Program-made: the position numbers and the translations under genes
The notes under the pieces: model-generated
Database searches by the model: none
Told to the model about the DNA's origin: nothing
Seen by the model: only the letters and a program-made list of their open reading frames with translations
NCBI RefSeq assembly: GCF_006345805.1
Contig: NC_043003.1
Location: 24,428,001 to 24,492,000, forward strand
Direction: 5' to 3'
DNA from: Octopus sinensis
Taxonomy: Eukaryota
Length of the DNA stretch: 64,000 nucleotides
Shown: positions 13,152-26,065 of the stretch, piece after piece
How the letters are laid out: the number at the start of each line of letters is the position of its first letter
Position numbering within the stretch: the stretch's first letter is position 1

Positions 13152-14239
13152 TGTGTGTGTGTGTGTGTTGTTTGATGTGCATGTGTATTCCATATCCATA
13201 TCTGTTTTATGCTTAACGGTTTAAGAGCAGTGATGTGATGAAATTGTTTAACTTGGCAATTTGATAAAAAAAAAAGATAGAGCGACAAAATAATTTCAAG
13301 GCTGGGGTGATACGATCGCCTATAAAAAACCACTTTAATAGCCGTATCCCAGCATGGGCGTAGTTCAGTGACTGAAACCAATACAAAAAAAAAAACTCAA
13401 ACCTTATTTTATTGATCACTGACCAGAATAATGAAAAGCAAATCTGACCTCGGCGGGATTTGAAAACAGAACGCGTCTAAATAGGATTACTAAACACCAT
13501 TCATAATTAATGTTCTTTAGGAGTTCACATGGTTGCAGGCGGTTTCATTATTTGAATTGATTCGATAATTACAAGTAAACGAAAAACCAAAAACAAAAAC
13601 TAAATAGGAATTGACAATCATTTACAATACCATAGCGTGATAATGCAATTATGCCTTGTTCTGCAAAATGATAGCAGATGTTGTAACTCCATCCAAATAG
13701 CAATCTGATGCTGTGTCGGTTTGTCATTAAATTTGTTTCTATCGACGATCTTTTGCCATAAAGGTGGTCATTGGATATAAATTGTATTCGTTCTTTTTAA
13801 TGATTAGTACTGTGTTCGTAGCTAAGCAGTTAACTGGTGGCTATCAGGAATTCGTTACGTGTATGTTTGTCTTTGTTCATGTGTATATGTCTATTGCTGT
13901 GCGTGTCTGTTGATGTATATATGTTAACAGATAAAAATAATGCAGTTCAAGAAAAAAAAGACATCATATCCAATATATGTGAGAACTTTGCCCGTCAGGA
14001 TGCCATCATTATTCCAATGGAGTATTATAAAGCACACACATAACCACATACGTACAGACATACACACACACATACATATGTATATGCATACGTTTGTGTG
14101 TGTATGCATATATTGTGTGTGTGTGTATGTGTGTATGGGTATATGCACATACATAAATACATATATGGTTTATAATACTTATAATACTTATAGATAGATA
14201 GATAGTTAGATAGATAGATACATACATATATACATACAC

Positions 14240-14503
14240 ACAGATTCAGAGTGTCTGCGTGGTAAGTAGCTTGCTAACCAACCATATGGTTCCAGGTTCA
14301 GTCCCACTGCGTGGCACATTGGGCAAGTGTCTTCTACTGTAGCCTCGAGTCGACCAAGCCTTGTGAGTGGATTTGGTAGACTAAAAATGAAAGAAGGAGC
14401 CCGTCGTAAATATATGTGGGTGTGTGTGTGTGGTGTGCGGTGTGTGTGGTATGTTATGTGTCAGTGTTTGTCCCCCAACATCACTTGACAAACCGATGCT
14501 GGT
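14240..14503 (+). mobile_element. SINE family A copy, truncated by the gap
   Basis: GTGGTAAGTAGCTTGCTAACCAACC...TGGGCAAGTGTCTTCTAC. Confidence 0.85.
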
Positions 14504-14603
14504 NNNNNNNNNNNNNNNNNNNNNNNNNNNNNNNNNNNNNNNNNNNNNNNNNNNNNNNNNNNNNNNNNNNNNNNNNNNNNNNNNNNNNNNNNNNNNNNNN
14601 NNN
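14504..14603. other. Assembly gap (100 N)
   Basis: Run of exactly 100 Ns that truncates a SINE copy. Confidence 1.
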
Positions 14604-14945
14604 GTTCTTTGTGTGATTCCATTAAAATTGCTTATATTTCTGAAATGTCGCAGTTTCAGTTTTATATTGATTATCTTAAGTAACCAAATAATTTTTGTTT
14701 CGTTTTTTCAGTATTTTTCTTCTTTAATTTTTGCTTTAAGATGTGTTTTTCTCCTCTTATTATTGAAAAAAAAATTGTTAAATAAATATAAAAATTCTGT
14801 AGTGACTTTGTTTATTTCACCAGAATGAAAGTCTTCATACTGCAGCCTTTTTCTTCCACCCAGCTTTGAAGTAAAGTAACTGTTGTCCCTGCTATTTAAT
14901 TAATTAAAATGTCTATATACATGCGAGATTGTGTGTGTGTCCATG

Positions 14946-14979
<34 letters not shown>

Positions 14980-15068
14980 AGCATATGTCCGTTTATATCC
15001 AAATATACATACACATATATACATATGCGCATATGTATATGGGTATGTGTGTGACGTATATACATATG

Positions 15069-15107
<39 letters not shown>

Positions 15108-15207
15108 GTATATGTATGTACATATATATGTATATATAATATATGTATGTATATATATGTGTGTACGTATATATGTGCATTATATATATATATATATATC
15201 CTATAGT

Positions 15208-15540
15208 GAAGGCGCATGACTCAGTGGTTAGTGCGTCGAGCTTACGATCGTGAAGTTGTGAATTCGATTCCCGGACCGAGGTGTGTGTTGTGTTCTTGAG
15301 CAAGACACTATTTCACGTTGCTCCAGTTAACTCAGCTGTAGAAATGAGTTGCGACATCACTGCTGCCAAGCTGTATCAAACTTTGCCTTTCCCTTGGATA
15401 ACATCACTGATGTGGAGAGGGGAGGCTGATATGCATGGGCGACTGCTGGCCTTCCACAAACAACCTTGCCTGGATGTGAGCCACGGAGGATAACTTTCTA
15501 GGTGTAATCCCAAGGTCATTCATGACTGAAATGGGTCTCC
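15208..15540 (+). mobile_element. SINE family D (tRNA head, GTGTTCTTGAGCAAGACAC motif)
   Basis: Colinear copy at 59633-59969; related heads at 8620-8745 and 11418-11655. Confidence 0.8.
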
Positions 15541-15546
15541 TCCTCC

Positions 15547-15588
<42 letters not shown>

Positions 15589-15590
<2 letters not shown>

Positions 15591-16815
15591 ACATTGAGGG
15601 TAAAATAATTAGTTATTAATCAATTTCACCAAGTATTCAGTATGTAAAAGGATCATTTAAGGCGAATTCAAAATATTACATTATATAATTAGGGCTTAAT
15701 TCGCCTTAAATGGTCCTTTTACATACTGAATACTTAGGAAATTGATTAATAACTAATTAATTTTACCCTCAATTGTTGATATTATAATCATTTCTCTCTG
15801 TCATATTGCCTCGGGTCTCACACCGTTAAAATATATAATGTTTGCTAGATAACCCACGTGTGGAAGGGGAGAGCAGGGAATCTTCGCTTGCACAGTTTGA
15901 ATTTGTTGGTACTGGCCAGTCTGAACGGGTCATCTGAGGTGATAAGTCGCCAAAGGGTATGTTCTTTCTTTTTAGTGCTTCCAAATCCAAATAAGAAATG
16001 TTGAGCTGACGAAAGAAATGCTGAGTTTATTTGGCTAATCTAGAACGTTAACGTTCTCAAATAATCTTTGTACTTGTGATATTTTTCTTCTGTTTTTATA
16101 CCTCCATACCTTCGTGATTATTTGAGTAAACATTATCTGAGAGAAATTTTCTTTAAGTAGTGGAAATGGCAAAAAAACTTTTTTGGCTGGCTATTTCTAG
16201 CAGTTCAGTATGTGGCAAGTAATTTATTTTACTACGCCCTAATTATATAATGTATATTTTGAATTCGCCTTAAATGGTCCTTTTACATACTGAATACTTG
16301 TGAAATTGATTAATAACTAATTAATTTTACCCTCAATTGTTGCATATTATAATACATTTCTCTCTGTCATATTGCCTCGGTTCTCACCGTTAAAATAATA
16401 TGTTTGCTAGATAACCCACGTGGGTGGAAGGGAGAGCAGGGAATCTTCGCTTGCACATTTTTGAATTTGTTGGTACTTGGCAGTCTGAACGGGTCATCTG
16501 AGGTGATAAGTCGCCAAAGGTATGTTCTTTCTTTTTAGTGCTTCCAAAATCCAAAATAAGAAATGTTGAGCTGACGAAAGAAATGCTGAGTTTATTTGGC
16601 TAATCTAGAACGTTAACGTTCTCAAATAATCTTTGTACTTGTGATATTTTTCTGTTTTTACCTCCTCCATACCTTCGTGAGTTATTTTGAGTAAACATTA
16701 TCTGAGAGAAATTTTCTTTAAGTAGTGGACATGGCAAAAAAACTTTTTTGGCTGCTATTCTAGCAAGTTCAGTATGTGGCAAGTAATTTATTTTACTAAG
16801 CCCTAATTATATAAT
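15589..16815. repeat. Inverted plus tandem repeat block (A-reverse, A'B, AB, start of A) between (AT)n tracts
   Basis: 15589-15710 is the reverse complement of the unit start; a ~555-bp unit is repeated at about 15710-16235 and 16236-16798 with many 1-bp indels. Confidence 0.85.
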
Positions 16816-16820
16816 ATATA

Positions 16821-16860
<40 letters not shown>

Positions 16861-16981
16861 CTGTATATTTTAAAACATTTATCTATTCTTATATATATAT
16901 ATTATATATATAAGAATATATATATATATATATATATATATGAATATATAAATGTTTTAATATATACAGAAATATAATATA

Positions 16982-17023
<42 letters not shown>

Positions 17024-17275
17024 CTGTATATATATATATATATGAATATATAAATGTTTTATATACAGAAATATATTTATATATTTATATATATATATAT
17101 ATATTATATAATCATATAATATATATATATGTGTGTGTGTGTATATAATATGCATATATATACGTATGTATATATGATATCATATATTATGCTATATGTA
17201 AATATAGATAGATATAACGGTGTGCCTATATGTGTCTACCAATATACAAATGTTCTGGTGTGTGTGTGTGTGTGT

Positions 17276-17331
<56 letters not shown>

Positions 17332-17914
17332 TGCGTGCGCTATATTCCTGTGAGAATATGATTTCAATCAACCAAAAAGATTACAAATTTATAATTGAAT
17401 ATGTTCAGCTGAGTTTTTTTTTGTTTTTTTTGTTTTTGTTTTTGTTTTTTTTTTCAATTTCATTCGAATCAATATTGTTAGATATTCATAGCAGAACACA
17501 TCCTAGTCTGAAGTTATGCCAAATTTTATACCAATCAGCAACACCAGAGTTTTGATTAGGGTTTTCAGTACAAGATTATAAGGATTCCTCCAAGCGTTGG
17601 AGATAGGGACTACTAATTGGCAAAAACTATTATCCATCAATTCAACTTTTATTTTTATTCACTACTTCATATCCAGTGACTAATTTCTAATTTTTCATAA
17701 AGCCATTTTATCTCACTTGGCCATCGTAATATCCTTGAATAGAAGTAGCAGTAATATCGCAATTGAACCACACTTATCTTCTGTAAAAACGGAAGGACAC
17801 ATTAAAATGTGTTGTCCGAAATACACAGTTCTTGAAAAAAGACAAAATAGGTAACAACTTGAATTTCTTTTATTATGTTTGCTCAATCCAGACCGAGCTA
17901 AATAATTATTTCTA

Positions 17915-18512
17915 GTCTAGGCACAAGGCTTTGGGAAATGGGGATAGTCGATTACATTGACCCCAGTGCGTAACTGGTACTTATTTAATCGACCCCGAAA
18001 GGATGAAAGGCAAAGTCGACCTCGGCGGAATTTGAACTCAGAGCGTAGCGGCAGACGAAATACAGCTAAGCATTTCGCCTGGCGTGCTAGCGATTCTTAT
18101 TTCTTTACTACCCACAAGGGGCTAAACATAGAGGGGATGAACAAGGACAGACAAAGGGATTAAGTCGATTACATCGACCCCAGTGCGTAGCTGGTACTTA
18201 ATTTATCGACCCCGAAAGGATGAAAGGCAAAGTCGACCTCGGCGGAATTTGAACTCAGAACGTAGCGGCAGACGAAATACCTATATCTTTACAACCCACA
18301 ATGGGCTAAACACAGAGAGGACAAACAAGGACAGACAAACGGATGAAGTCGATTACATTGACCCAGTAGGTAACTAGTACTTATTTAATCGACCCCGAAA
18401 GGATGTAAGGCAAAGTCGACCTCGGCAGAATTTGAACTCAGAGCGTAGCGGAAGACGAAATACTGCTAAGCATTTCGCCCGGCGTGCTAACATTTCTGCC
18501 AGCTCGCTGCCT
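17915..18512 (-). mobile_element. Head-to-tail trimer of SINE family B (long-tail variant)
   Basis: Three consecutive units each containing GAACTCAGA..GTAGCGG..GACGAAATAC and GAAAGGATG.AAGGCAAAGTCGACCTCGGC; units separated by a GTCCTTGTTTGTCC.CTCT...AAAGAAATA tail. Confidence 0.9.
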
Positions 18513-18874
18513 TGGACCGAGCTAAATAATAACAACTATGGCAACAATATTTATTCCTTAGTCAGAAGAAAAGGCAAGATATTCGACCCGATGAAGCGCC
18601 CACACACGGCTATTGTTGAATAATATCCAACTATAAACTAATTATAATGTATTCACAGCGCCCGAGGCTCTGAATTCCTTCACAAAATGAGCAACTTAAA
18701 GCTGATGTGTGCTGCAGAAACAAACGTCATGATCTATTATTAAAGCCTGATAGCCTCACTCTCGTCTTACGTTAGTCTTACATCAGCCTTATGCAAAAAG
18801 GACTTCCACATTTGTATTCAGTCCCGGAATATATCCTTCTGTAGTAGCCAAATAATGGCATAAATGTTCTTAAA

Positions 18875-19280
18875 TAGTCGCAGGAGTGGCTGTGTGGTAA
18901 GTAGCTTGCTTACCAACCACATGGTTCCAGGTTCAGTCCCACTACGTGGCACCTTGGGCAAGTGTCTTCTACTATAGCCTCTGGCCGACCAAAGCCTTGA
19001 GTGGATTTGGTTGACGGACACTGAAAGAAGCCCGTCGTATATATGTATATATGTTTGGGGGTGTTTGTGTATCTGTGTTTGTCCCCCCAACATCGCTTGA
19101 CAACCGATGGTGGTGTGTTTACGTCCCCGTAACTTAGCGGTTCGGCAATAGAGACCGATGGAATAAGTACTAGGTTTACAAAGAATAAGTTCTGGGGTCG
19201 ACTTCCTCGACTAAAGGCGGTGCTCCAGCATGGTCACAGTCAAATGGCTGAAACAAGTAAAAGGGTAAAAAGAGTAAATG
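18875..19280 (+). mobile_element. SINE family A (tRNA-derived head, CORE-like GGCACCTTGGGCAAGTGTCTT, internal microsatellite, (GTAAAA) tail)
   Basis: A-box TGGCTGTGTGG and B-box GGTTCAGTCCC; near-identical to the other family A copies listed below. Confidence 0.9.
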
Positions 19281-20272
19281 TATGTTATGAGGTTTTTTAC
19301 CCAAATTATACTCTGTGTGGAGCGGAGAGGAGTCGGGCTCTACACGTAGAAACGTCTAGTTATTTTGACTAAAGTATCAAACTCCAAAATATTCAGCCGA
19401 CTTTATTGAACCGATTATGACATTCCAGTAATTTACAGACTGTGGAATCCATATTTCTACATTGAGATATTATAGTGTGAATAGTTTGTAGCCTTGGCGG
19501 GATGCGTAAAGTGATGTCATATATAGGGTGATATAATGTTGCTGTTGCTGTTGTTGTTGTTGTTGTTGTTATTGTTGTTGTTCAGCCCTTGGTCAGTCAT
19601 AGTCCAGTAATTCTGTAGTCAAATGTACACCCATCCCAATGTTTCTAGTTTTTCTTTCAAACACTATATATCTAAAAACTATTTAATCAGATATATCCTT
19701 TCTTTTAGCAAAAAATATCTGTTGCATATGATTTGAGGGAGATTTTGCTGTTATTTCTAGCATGTCGAGTGACTACATGAAAGATCATTACTTATTGGGT
19801 TATAAATGCCTGCACAGAAACTGGCAAGATTTGGGTGTGGGACAGACATTTTGTGAAGGAATTCAGAGCCTTGGGCGCTGTGTTTCCTTGTTATGCTGTT
19901 GACTCCGTAATAAAAACGTAGGTTCCGTATTGCTTACTAAACAAGAGAAATATTTATATGTAAGAATAGGATTCTTGAAGATGGTAGAAGAATGCGCTGA
20001 TAATTAAAAAAAACTGTGGAACATGAAAACCTGATAGGTGAGGTTAGTAATACACGCATTTTAAAATTGCTTTATAACCCACATCAGTGAGGGCATGAAA
20101 CTGTATGAGATAGACTGTGGTTACCACATTAAGTAAGTCGGGACAGCTACTTAACATAGCTATCCGCGATAATTTAACAGTAATAGTAACAAGAACCACA
20201 ACACAAACGCCAGTTTTATATACGAATTCGCATTCAGTGAAAAAGCAAACGTCAGACAAACACAACAGCGTC

Positions 20273-20790
20273 CATGGAGACACAATGACCCAGTGCTTAG
20301 GGCAGCGGACTCGCGGTCGTAAGGACACGGTTTCGATTCCCAGACCGGACATTGTGAGCGTTTATTGAGCAAAAACATCCTAAGTTCCACGAGGCTCCGG
20401 CAGGGTGGTGGTGGTGAATCCGGCTGTACTCTTTCACTACAACTTTCTCTCACTCTTTCTTCCTACTTCTGTCACAAAGCAGAGGAACCATGGTGTGTTC
20501 CCACTATGGTGTGGTAAACTTTCAGACCCTAGTCTAGATTGCCAATCCTCTATATCCCAGGATGGTTCAGCTCTCCACCCGTTAAAAGCCATCGTTTACG
20601 GAATGAGGATAACAACGTAGCTTTCGCGCCCGTGCAACCGCCTGTCTATCGCGTGTGGTGGGTGGATCTTCAAGTTGCCACACGCATTCTTAGTAGCTTA
20701 GAGTAGGCTCGAATTAGAGATTATCATTAGTGGCTAATTGGAAGAAGAAGAAGAAGAAGAAGAAGAAGAAGAAGAAGAAGAAGAAGAAGA
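20273..20790 (+). mobile_element. SINE with a family C head, a third ~300-bp tail and a (GAA)n end
   Basis: Same head-to-tail junction (CTCACTCTTTCTTCC|TACTTCTGTCACAAAGCAGAGG) as the copy at 32160-32610. Confidence 0.8.
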
Positions 20791-21589
20791 TAACTGCGTC
20801 CGTCCTCGATCTATATTAACAAGATTGTTTTAAACTGAGCACAATTTCGAAATCGTTTCTTACATAATGACTATTAGTGTTTTAAGGGTGAAGAAATGAT
20901 ACTTGGGTCTTAGGTGTTTTTCCTAAGTAAAATCAAATAACATTAGACAGGAATCGAAACCAGATCATGAAACCCAATTTACATTTTGTTTCTAAAGGCA
21001 GAACTAAGTCTGTCACTTTTTAATGTTTTTAATTTGTTTCTGTGTTTTCGTTTGCGGCATAATAGTGCACAGCAATACGCTGTTTGCGAACCACGGGATT
21101 ATACGCTCCCAAGGATTCGAAGTCTTAGGCTTGTATTAGCTACCTACATTACATGAATTAAATACGCTATTTAAGGAAGATCCAGTGACGATGGAAGAGA
21201 GATAAATATCTCTTACCTGATTATCACCATTAAACCGGAATTAAATGCTGGTTATTATGAACCTTTGGTGATATTAGTGATATTTCATCCTGAATAAGAT
21301 CTAAATTGCTGGTTAAGTCTTAAGCCCGTGCGAGATAATGATGTCATCGTAATTGAAGTCGTGTATTTATTGATGTTAACGTTACGCGACCAAATAAGTA
21401 ATACCGAATGTCTGTTGATATTGATCAGACGTAAAATACGGGATTGTGACATTAACAGAACTAATGAGGTTCAGTAAGACAAACGTAGCTATGTGGTAAA
21501 GAGATTCGCTTCACGGCTATTAGGCTGGACGTTCGATCCCGTTGCAGGGCATTTTTTCGGTAGGTGGTGGTGGTGGTGGGGGGGGAATA

Positions 21590-22045
21590 TAGGTGCAGGC
21601 GTAGAAGGGTGGTAAAAAGTTTGCTTTCCAACTACATGGTATCGGGCTCAGTTCCACAGTGTGGAACGTGGGACAAATGTCTTCTACTATAACCGCAGGT
21701 TGACCAAAACTTTATGATTAAACGGAAACTGAAAGAAGCCTGTTGTGCGTATAAGTGCGTGTGTGTGTGTGTGTGTGTGTGCGTGTGTGTGTGTGTGTCT
21801 GTGTCTGTGTTTCTGTGAATCTATATCTGTGACTTTTTGCTGGCATTTGTCTCCCAGCACTGCTCGACAACCGATGTTAGTTTATTTACATCCTCGTAAC
21901 TTAGAACTTCGACAAAAGAAGCCGATTGAATAAGTACCTGGCTTAAGGAAATAAGTACATGGGTTGATCTGTTCGATTAGACCCGTCAAGGTTTTGCCCC
22001 TCCATGGCTGCAATCCAATGACTGAAACAAGTAAACGATAAAAAA
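21590..22045 (+). mobile_element. SINE family A, diverged copy
   Basis: Degenerate head, GGAAACTGAAAGAAGCC, and TGACTGAAACAAGTAAA tail. Confidence 0.75.
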
Positions 22046-22619
22046 AATATACCTTCTGTCATAATTTTTGAACCAATCAAAACTGATACTTAATTTTTTA
22101 TTAACCCCGAAAGCATGAAAGGCAAAAATTGATCCCGGTGGAATATGAAATGTAAAGAGCCGGAAGAAATGCTGCCAAGCATTTCGTCCGACTCGCCTCC
22201 GTAATAAAAACGCAGGTTCCCTATTGCTTACTAGACAAGAGAAATATTTAGAAGTAAGAATGGAATGGTAGAATAATGCGCTGATAATAAAATAAAACTG
22301 TGGAACAAGAAAACACGATAGGTGAGGTTAGTAACACATGCCACATTTCTGCTGATCACAATAATTATTTCAAATTTTGGCACAAGGCCAGCAATTAAAG
22401 GGAGAGTAAATTCTCGAGTAATCTTGATTGGTCCGTTTAGTTTTGATTGTCGGGAAAAAAAGAGTACTCAATACTCACGGTAGAGGCTAGTAACATTTTA
22501 TTTGGGTCGAATCAGTATCAAATGAGTTTGCCTGAGAACCTTGTGCATCCATGGGTAAAATTCAGAATAGCTAGGTACTGACTCAACCCAAATAAAAAAA
22601 GTATACATACATACATACA

Positions 22620-22898
22620 TTGTTGTTGTTGTTGTTTGTTCCTTCTCGAACCACGCCTGGCTCATAGGGCCGGTTTCCCGGTTTCCTTGGCGTATAGGTT
22701 CCTCACCTGGACGGGAGGCCGGTCCATCGCAAGTGAGCTGCAAGATACATGAGGAAAGAGTGAGAGAAAGTTGTAGCGAAAGAGTCAGCAAAAGTTAGGT
22801 GTTTCGCTCATAAATACACACATCACCCGGTCTGAGATTCGAACCCGCGATCCCTCGACTGCGAGTCTGCTGCTCTAACCACTAGGCCATGTGCCTCC
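22620..22898 (-). mobile_element. SINE family C, diverged copy
   Basis: GGCTCATAGGGCCGGTTTCCCGG...AACCACTAGGCCATGTGCCTCCAC. Confidence 0.8.
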
Positions 22899-22924
22899 AC
22901 TATATACATACATTTTATAAATAT

Positions 22925-23320
22925 AGGCACAGGTGTGGCTGTGTGGTAAGAAGCTTGCGTCCCAACTGCGTGGCATCTTGGGAAAGTGTCTTCTATAGTC
23001 TCGGGCCGACCAAAGATTTGTAAATGGGTTTGGTAGACGGAAACTGAAAGAAGCCGATCGTGTGTATGTGTGTGCGCGCGCCTGTATGTGTGTGCTTGTG
23101 TGTGTCTGTGTTTTCCTTACTACTGCTGGACAACCGGTGTTGATGTGTTTATGTCCCCATAACCTAGCGGGTCGGCAAAAAAGGAGCTAATAGAATAAGT
23201 ACCAGGCTTCTTATAATAAAAATAAGTACTGGCGTCGATTCATTCGACTAAAAACCCTTCGAGACGCTGCCCCTGCATGGCCGCAGTCTAATCACTGAAA
23301 CAAGTAAACGATAAAAGACA
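22925..23320 (+). mobile_element. SINE family A copy
   Basis: GGCACAGGTGTGGCTGTGTGGTAAG...GCATGGCCGCAGTC...CTGAAACAAGTAAA. Confidence 0.85.
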
Positions 23321-24168
23321 CACACATATACATATATATCTACACACACACACACACACACAAACACACGCATATAGCTCTTTCTCTAGAGTGCTATTAA
23401 CCTCTAAATTTATTTTCTGACGATGCTAAAGACGCCTCCTTATACTAAATTAATTAATTAATTAATTAATGTATTTATGTGATTCATTGTGTGTCTCGTA
23501 ATTATTGTCGTGAAAGGTTATAGATTTCCAAAAAGTATTGGCGAACACATTTTTTCTCAACTGTCTACCTATACCAAGCGATGTAATATCAGTTAATATC
23601 GAAGATCAACGACTTCCTGTATAAATCTGTTCACCATTTTTCCGATCAATTGAAAAAAAAAAAAACATTATTTTATTTTCCTTTTTAACTTGTGTTAATA
23701 GTATTTTTCTTTCATTATAATTTCTTATTTTTGTCTTTATTTAAAACGAAGTGAAGGTTACAACCAAAATTATATTTCAGCATAATCACAAAATTACATC
23801 GAAATTCGATTAAATTGAATTAAAGCAACAAAAAAATGATATAATATAAAAAAATAAAAACAACAAATTAATATAATATTGTAAGCGACCAGAATTAATG
23901 ATACCCCATGCGACATTAAGTAATTAAACGATAACTTGAGATTATAGTCTAAACTTTAAAATTGACAAATTAATTAAACCTTTTTATACAATTACGTAGG
24001 AATTACCATCTTTCGTGTGAAATTCTGCAGAGATTACAGTCATCTTTCTTCATTAACTTAGGAATTTGAGTTTGACGAAAAGAAGAAAGCCGCGTTATAT
24101 AGATATGTATAGTGTGTGTGTATGTGTGTGTGTGCGCGCGCATGTTAAATGTTTGTATCTGTCTGTAC

Positions 24169-24328
24169 AAATGATTTTATTCAAAATATTCCTTTACCAG
24201 ATTCACACACTTATTGCAGTGGTCCTTCAGTTTTTCTAAGCCCTGTAAAAAACAATCGGAAGGCTGGGCCTCCAGCCAGGCCTTTCACGACACCCTTAAA
24301 GCCAGGAACTTTTCAGCACTCCCTTCGA
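24169..24328 (-). mobile_element. Mariner-derived MITE-like remnant
   Basis: Reverse complement of the 37441-37630 element: TIR CGAAGGGAGTGCTGAAAAGTTCC fused to the transposase C-terminus. Confidence 0.7.
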
Positions 24329-24569
24329 ATATGTGTTTATACAAAAATAAATATGAACAAGAAGGATAGACAATACTCAATACTGAAAATACTTGATATT
24401 GTATACATTGAAAGAACGATACGCATTCCGCTTCTAATAAATGTCATAGACAGACACACAGAGAGGAGGGCAGACAGACTGACAGACACACACACACAGT
24501 GGGGGAACCTAATATTTGCGGAAATTTGGGGGAGGTGTAGTCGATTACATCGACCCCCTGTACTCAGGT

Positions 24570-24908
24570 TTTAGCTTTAAGGTTTTAGGGTTAGGGAGAG
24601 GGTTAGGGCTAGAGTTTTAGGGTTAGGGTTAGGTTGTCATAAATAACAGTGACAAACGAAATATACACCGCCGGGAGTTCTTGTTGACAAACAGCAGCAG
24701 TAATTTTATTCAGCTAAATACACGTCATTGATTGGTTGAAATTGCTGAAATATGACAACTTTAACGTGAAATAACTTCCTAAATATAAGCTTTTCTCAAA
24801 AACACTAAGAGTAAAAGATGCTTTATATGACACATTCTACCAGTGTCCGAAGTTTGAAAGTGTTTAGTTACAAAAAATTATTTTTTAAATCTGTCGGTCA
24901 AAAGGTGA
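24570..24908. mobile_element. Solo arm of the 51722-53765 family with TTAGGG-like repeats
   Basis: Shares GACACATTCTACCAGT..CGAAGTTT.AAAGTGTTTAGTTA and the terminal TCAAAAGG..AAGATC with 53690-53765. Confidence 0.7.
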
Positions 24909-25495
24909 AGATCCGGAAAAAGTAACTAAGAAAGAATGGGAAAATAAATGGCATATGGTGACATATGCGAAAAGCACGGAAAGTGAAAAGAAGATAAAGA
25001 AAAGGAAGATGGTAATAAGAGTGAAGCTAACACCAGAATTTTATCCTGAGAGTACTAAGGCAATTGTAATTGACAACGAGAGGTGTGAGAGACTGAGAGA
25101 ATTGATTGGAAGAAAGATAGACTCAATGGGGGGTGCGCGTGGAGTTCGATGACTTACCGCCAGTAATAGATTACAGGGACTTAACACCTTAGATAAAAGG
25201 GTGAGAAAAAGGAAAAAGAAAACGAGAAAAGAAAAGTAAGTGTTTGAAATTCTATGACTGTAAAACAGATGAAAAGAAAAGGAAAAAAGAGAAAAATGAA
25301 AAATGATATAAAATGGTTAAACAAAAACATTTAAATGATTCTGCTTGCGAGTGGGGAGCATGCAGTCATTTCGCATTCATTATTATAATTCATCCTCCAT
25401 TCGTTCGTTCTGTGTTTTGTCCCCACTGTAATGTCCTGTCTGTCCTTGTGCTGTCCCCTCTGTGTATGAGGCTAAGTGCTTAAATAAGAAATACA
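24909..25495 (+). mobile_element. 5'-truncated, diverged relative of the ORF1-only element
   Basis: VIRVKLTPEFYPESTKAIVIDNERCERLREL...VEFDDLPPV aligns with AIRVKLPPGKYPEYTKGIVIDKERFLKLREM...VVFDELPPV at 47190-47345; same 3' terminal motif. Confidence 0.7.
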
Positions 25496-25844
25496 GTTGG
25501 TTCCAGACTTTCTAAGGTCTAACTACTGAGCACATTACAGCGACCGCCTCTTTTCGTCGCCACCACTGATGTCTCTTACCAACATCTACACAACACCAAC
25601 ACACTGCATTGGTTCCAATATATCGCTGTTCATGAGCTTCCTTCACCAGGGTTAACAGCTAATATACAACCCACGCAGATGCATGTAGATATATGAACAA
25701 ATGTACATCAACCACTTCCATTCAGCTTGTGTATATATACGTGTGACCACAATAAACGTATTTAAAGTTGTCACGCTTGTTCCATGTATTTCTTTACCGG
25801 GTTCCTACCAAAACAAGATTACAGCCTTCTGAGCGGAGTCTCAT

Positions 25845-26065
25845 TAGATGACACCCCAACCTAGTCCAGTCTGTGCGGATTTTCTCCAATGATATTAAGA
25901 TGGAGTTTGAACCCTCACAATGAGCCAGGATAGTGATGAAACGAGGAAAGCTTGCCAGGACACAAGGCATGTGGTTGCCAAGTGGTAAAATGATGAAGGC
26001 AATTCAACCTCAATCCAGTTATCGATACCTGGGAATACTTGAGACAGATGGAATGAAAATCTAAG
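25845..26065 (+). pseudogene. R4/Dong-type RT fragment
   Basis: VQSVRIFSNDIKMEF...IVMKRGKL...LPSGK...YRYLGILE. Confidence 0.7.

Noticed and set aside
14416-14828. ORFs spanning the N run
   Set aside because: Artefacts of translating across the assembly gap.
15208-15290. tRNA-like sequences at SINE heads (also near 11418, 20273, 28920 and 59633)
   Set aside because: A and B boxes are present, but acceptor stems are not intact and each runs into a SINE body; they are not tRNA genes.
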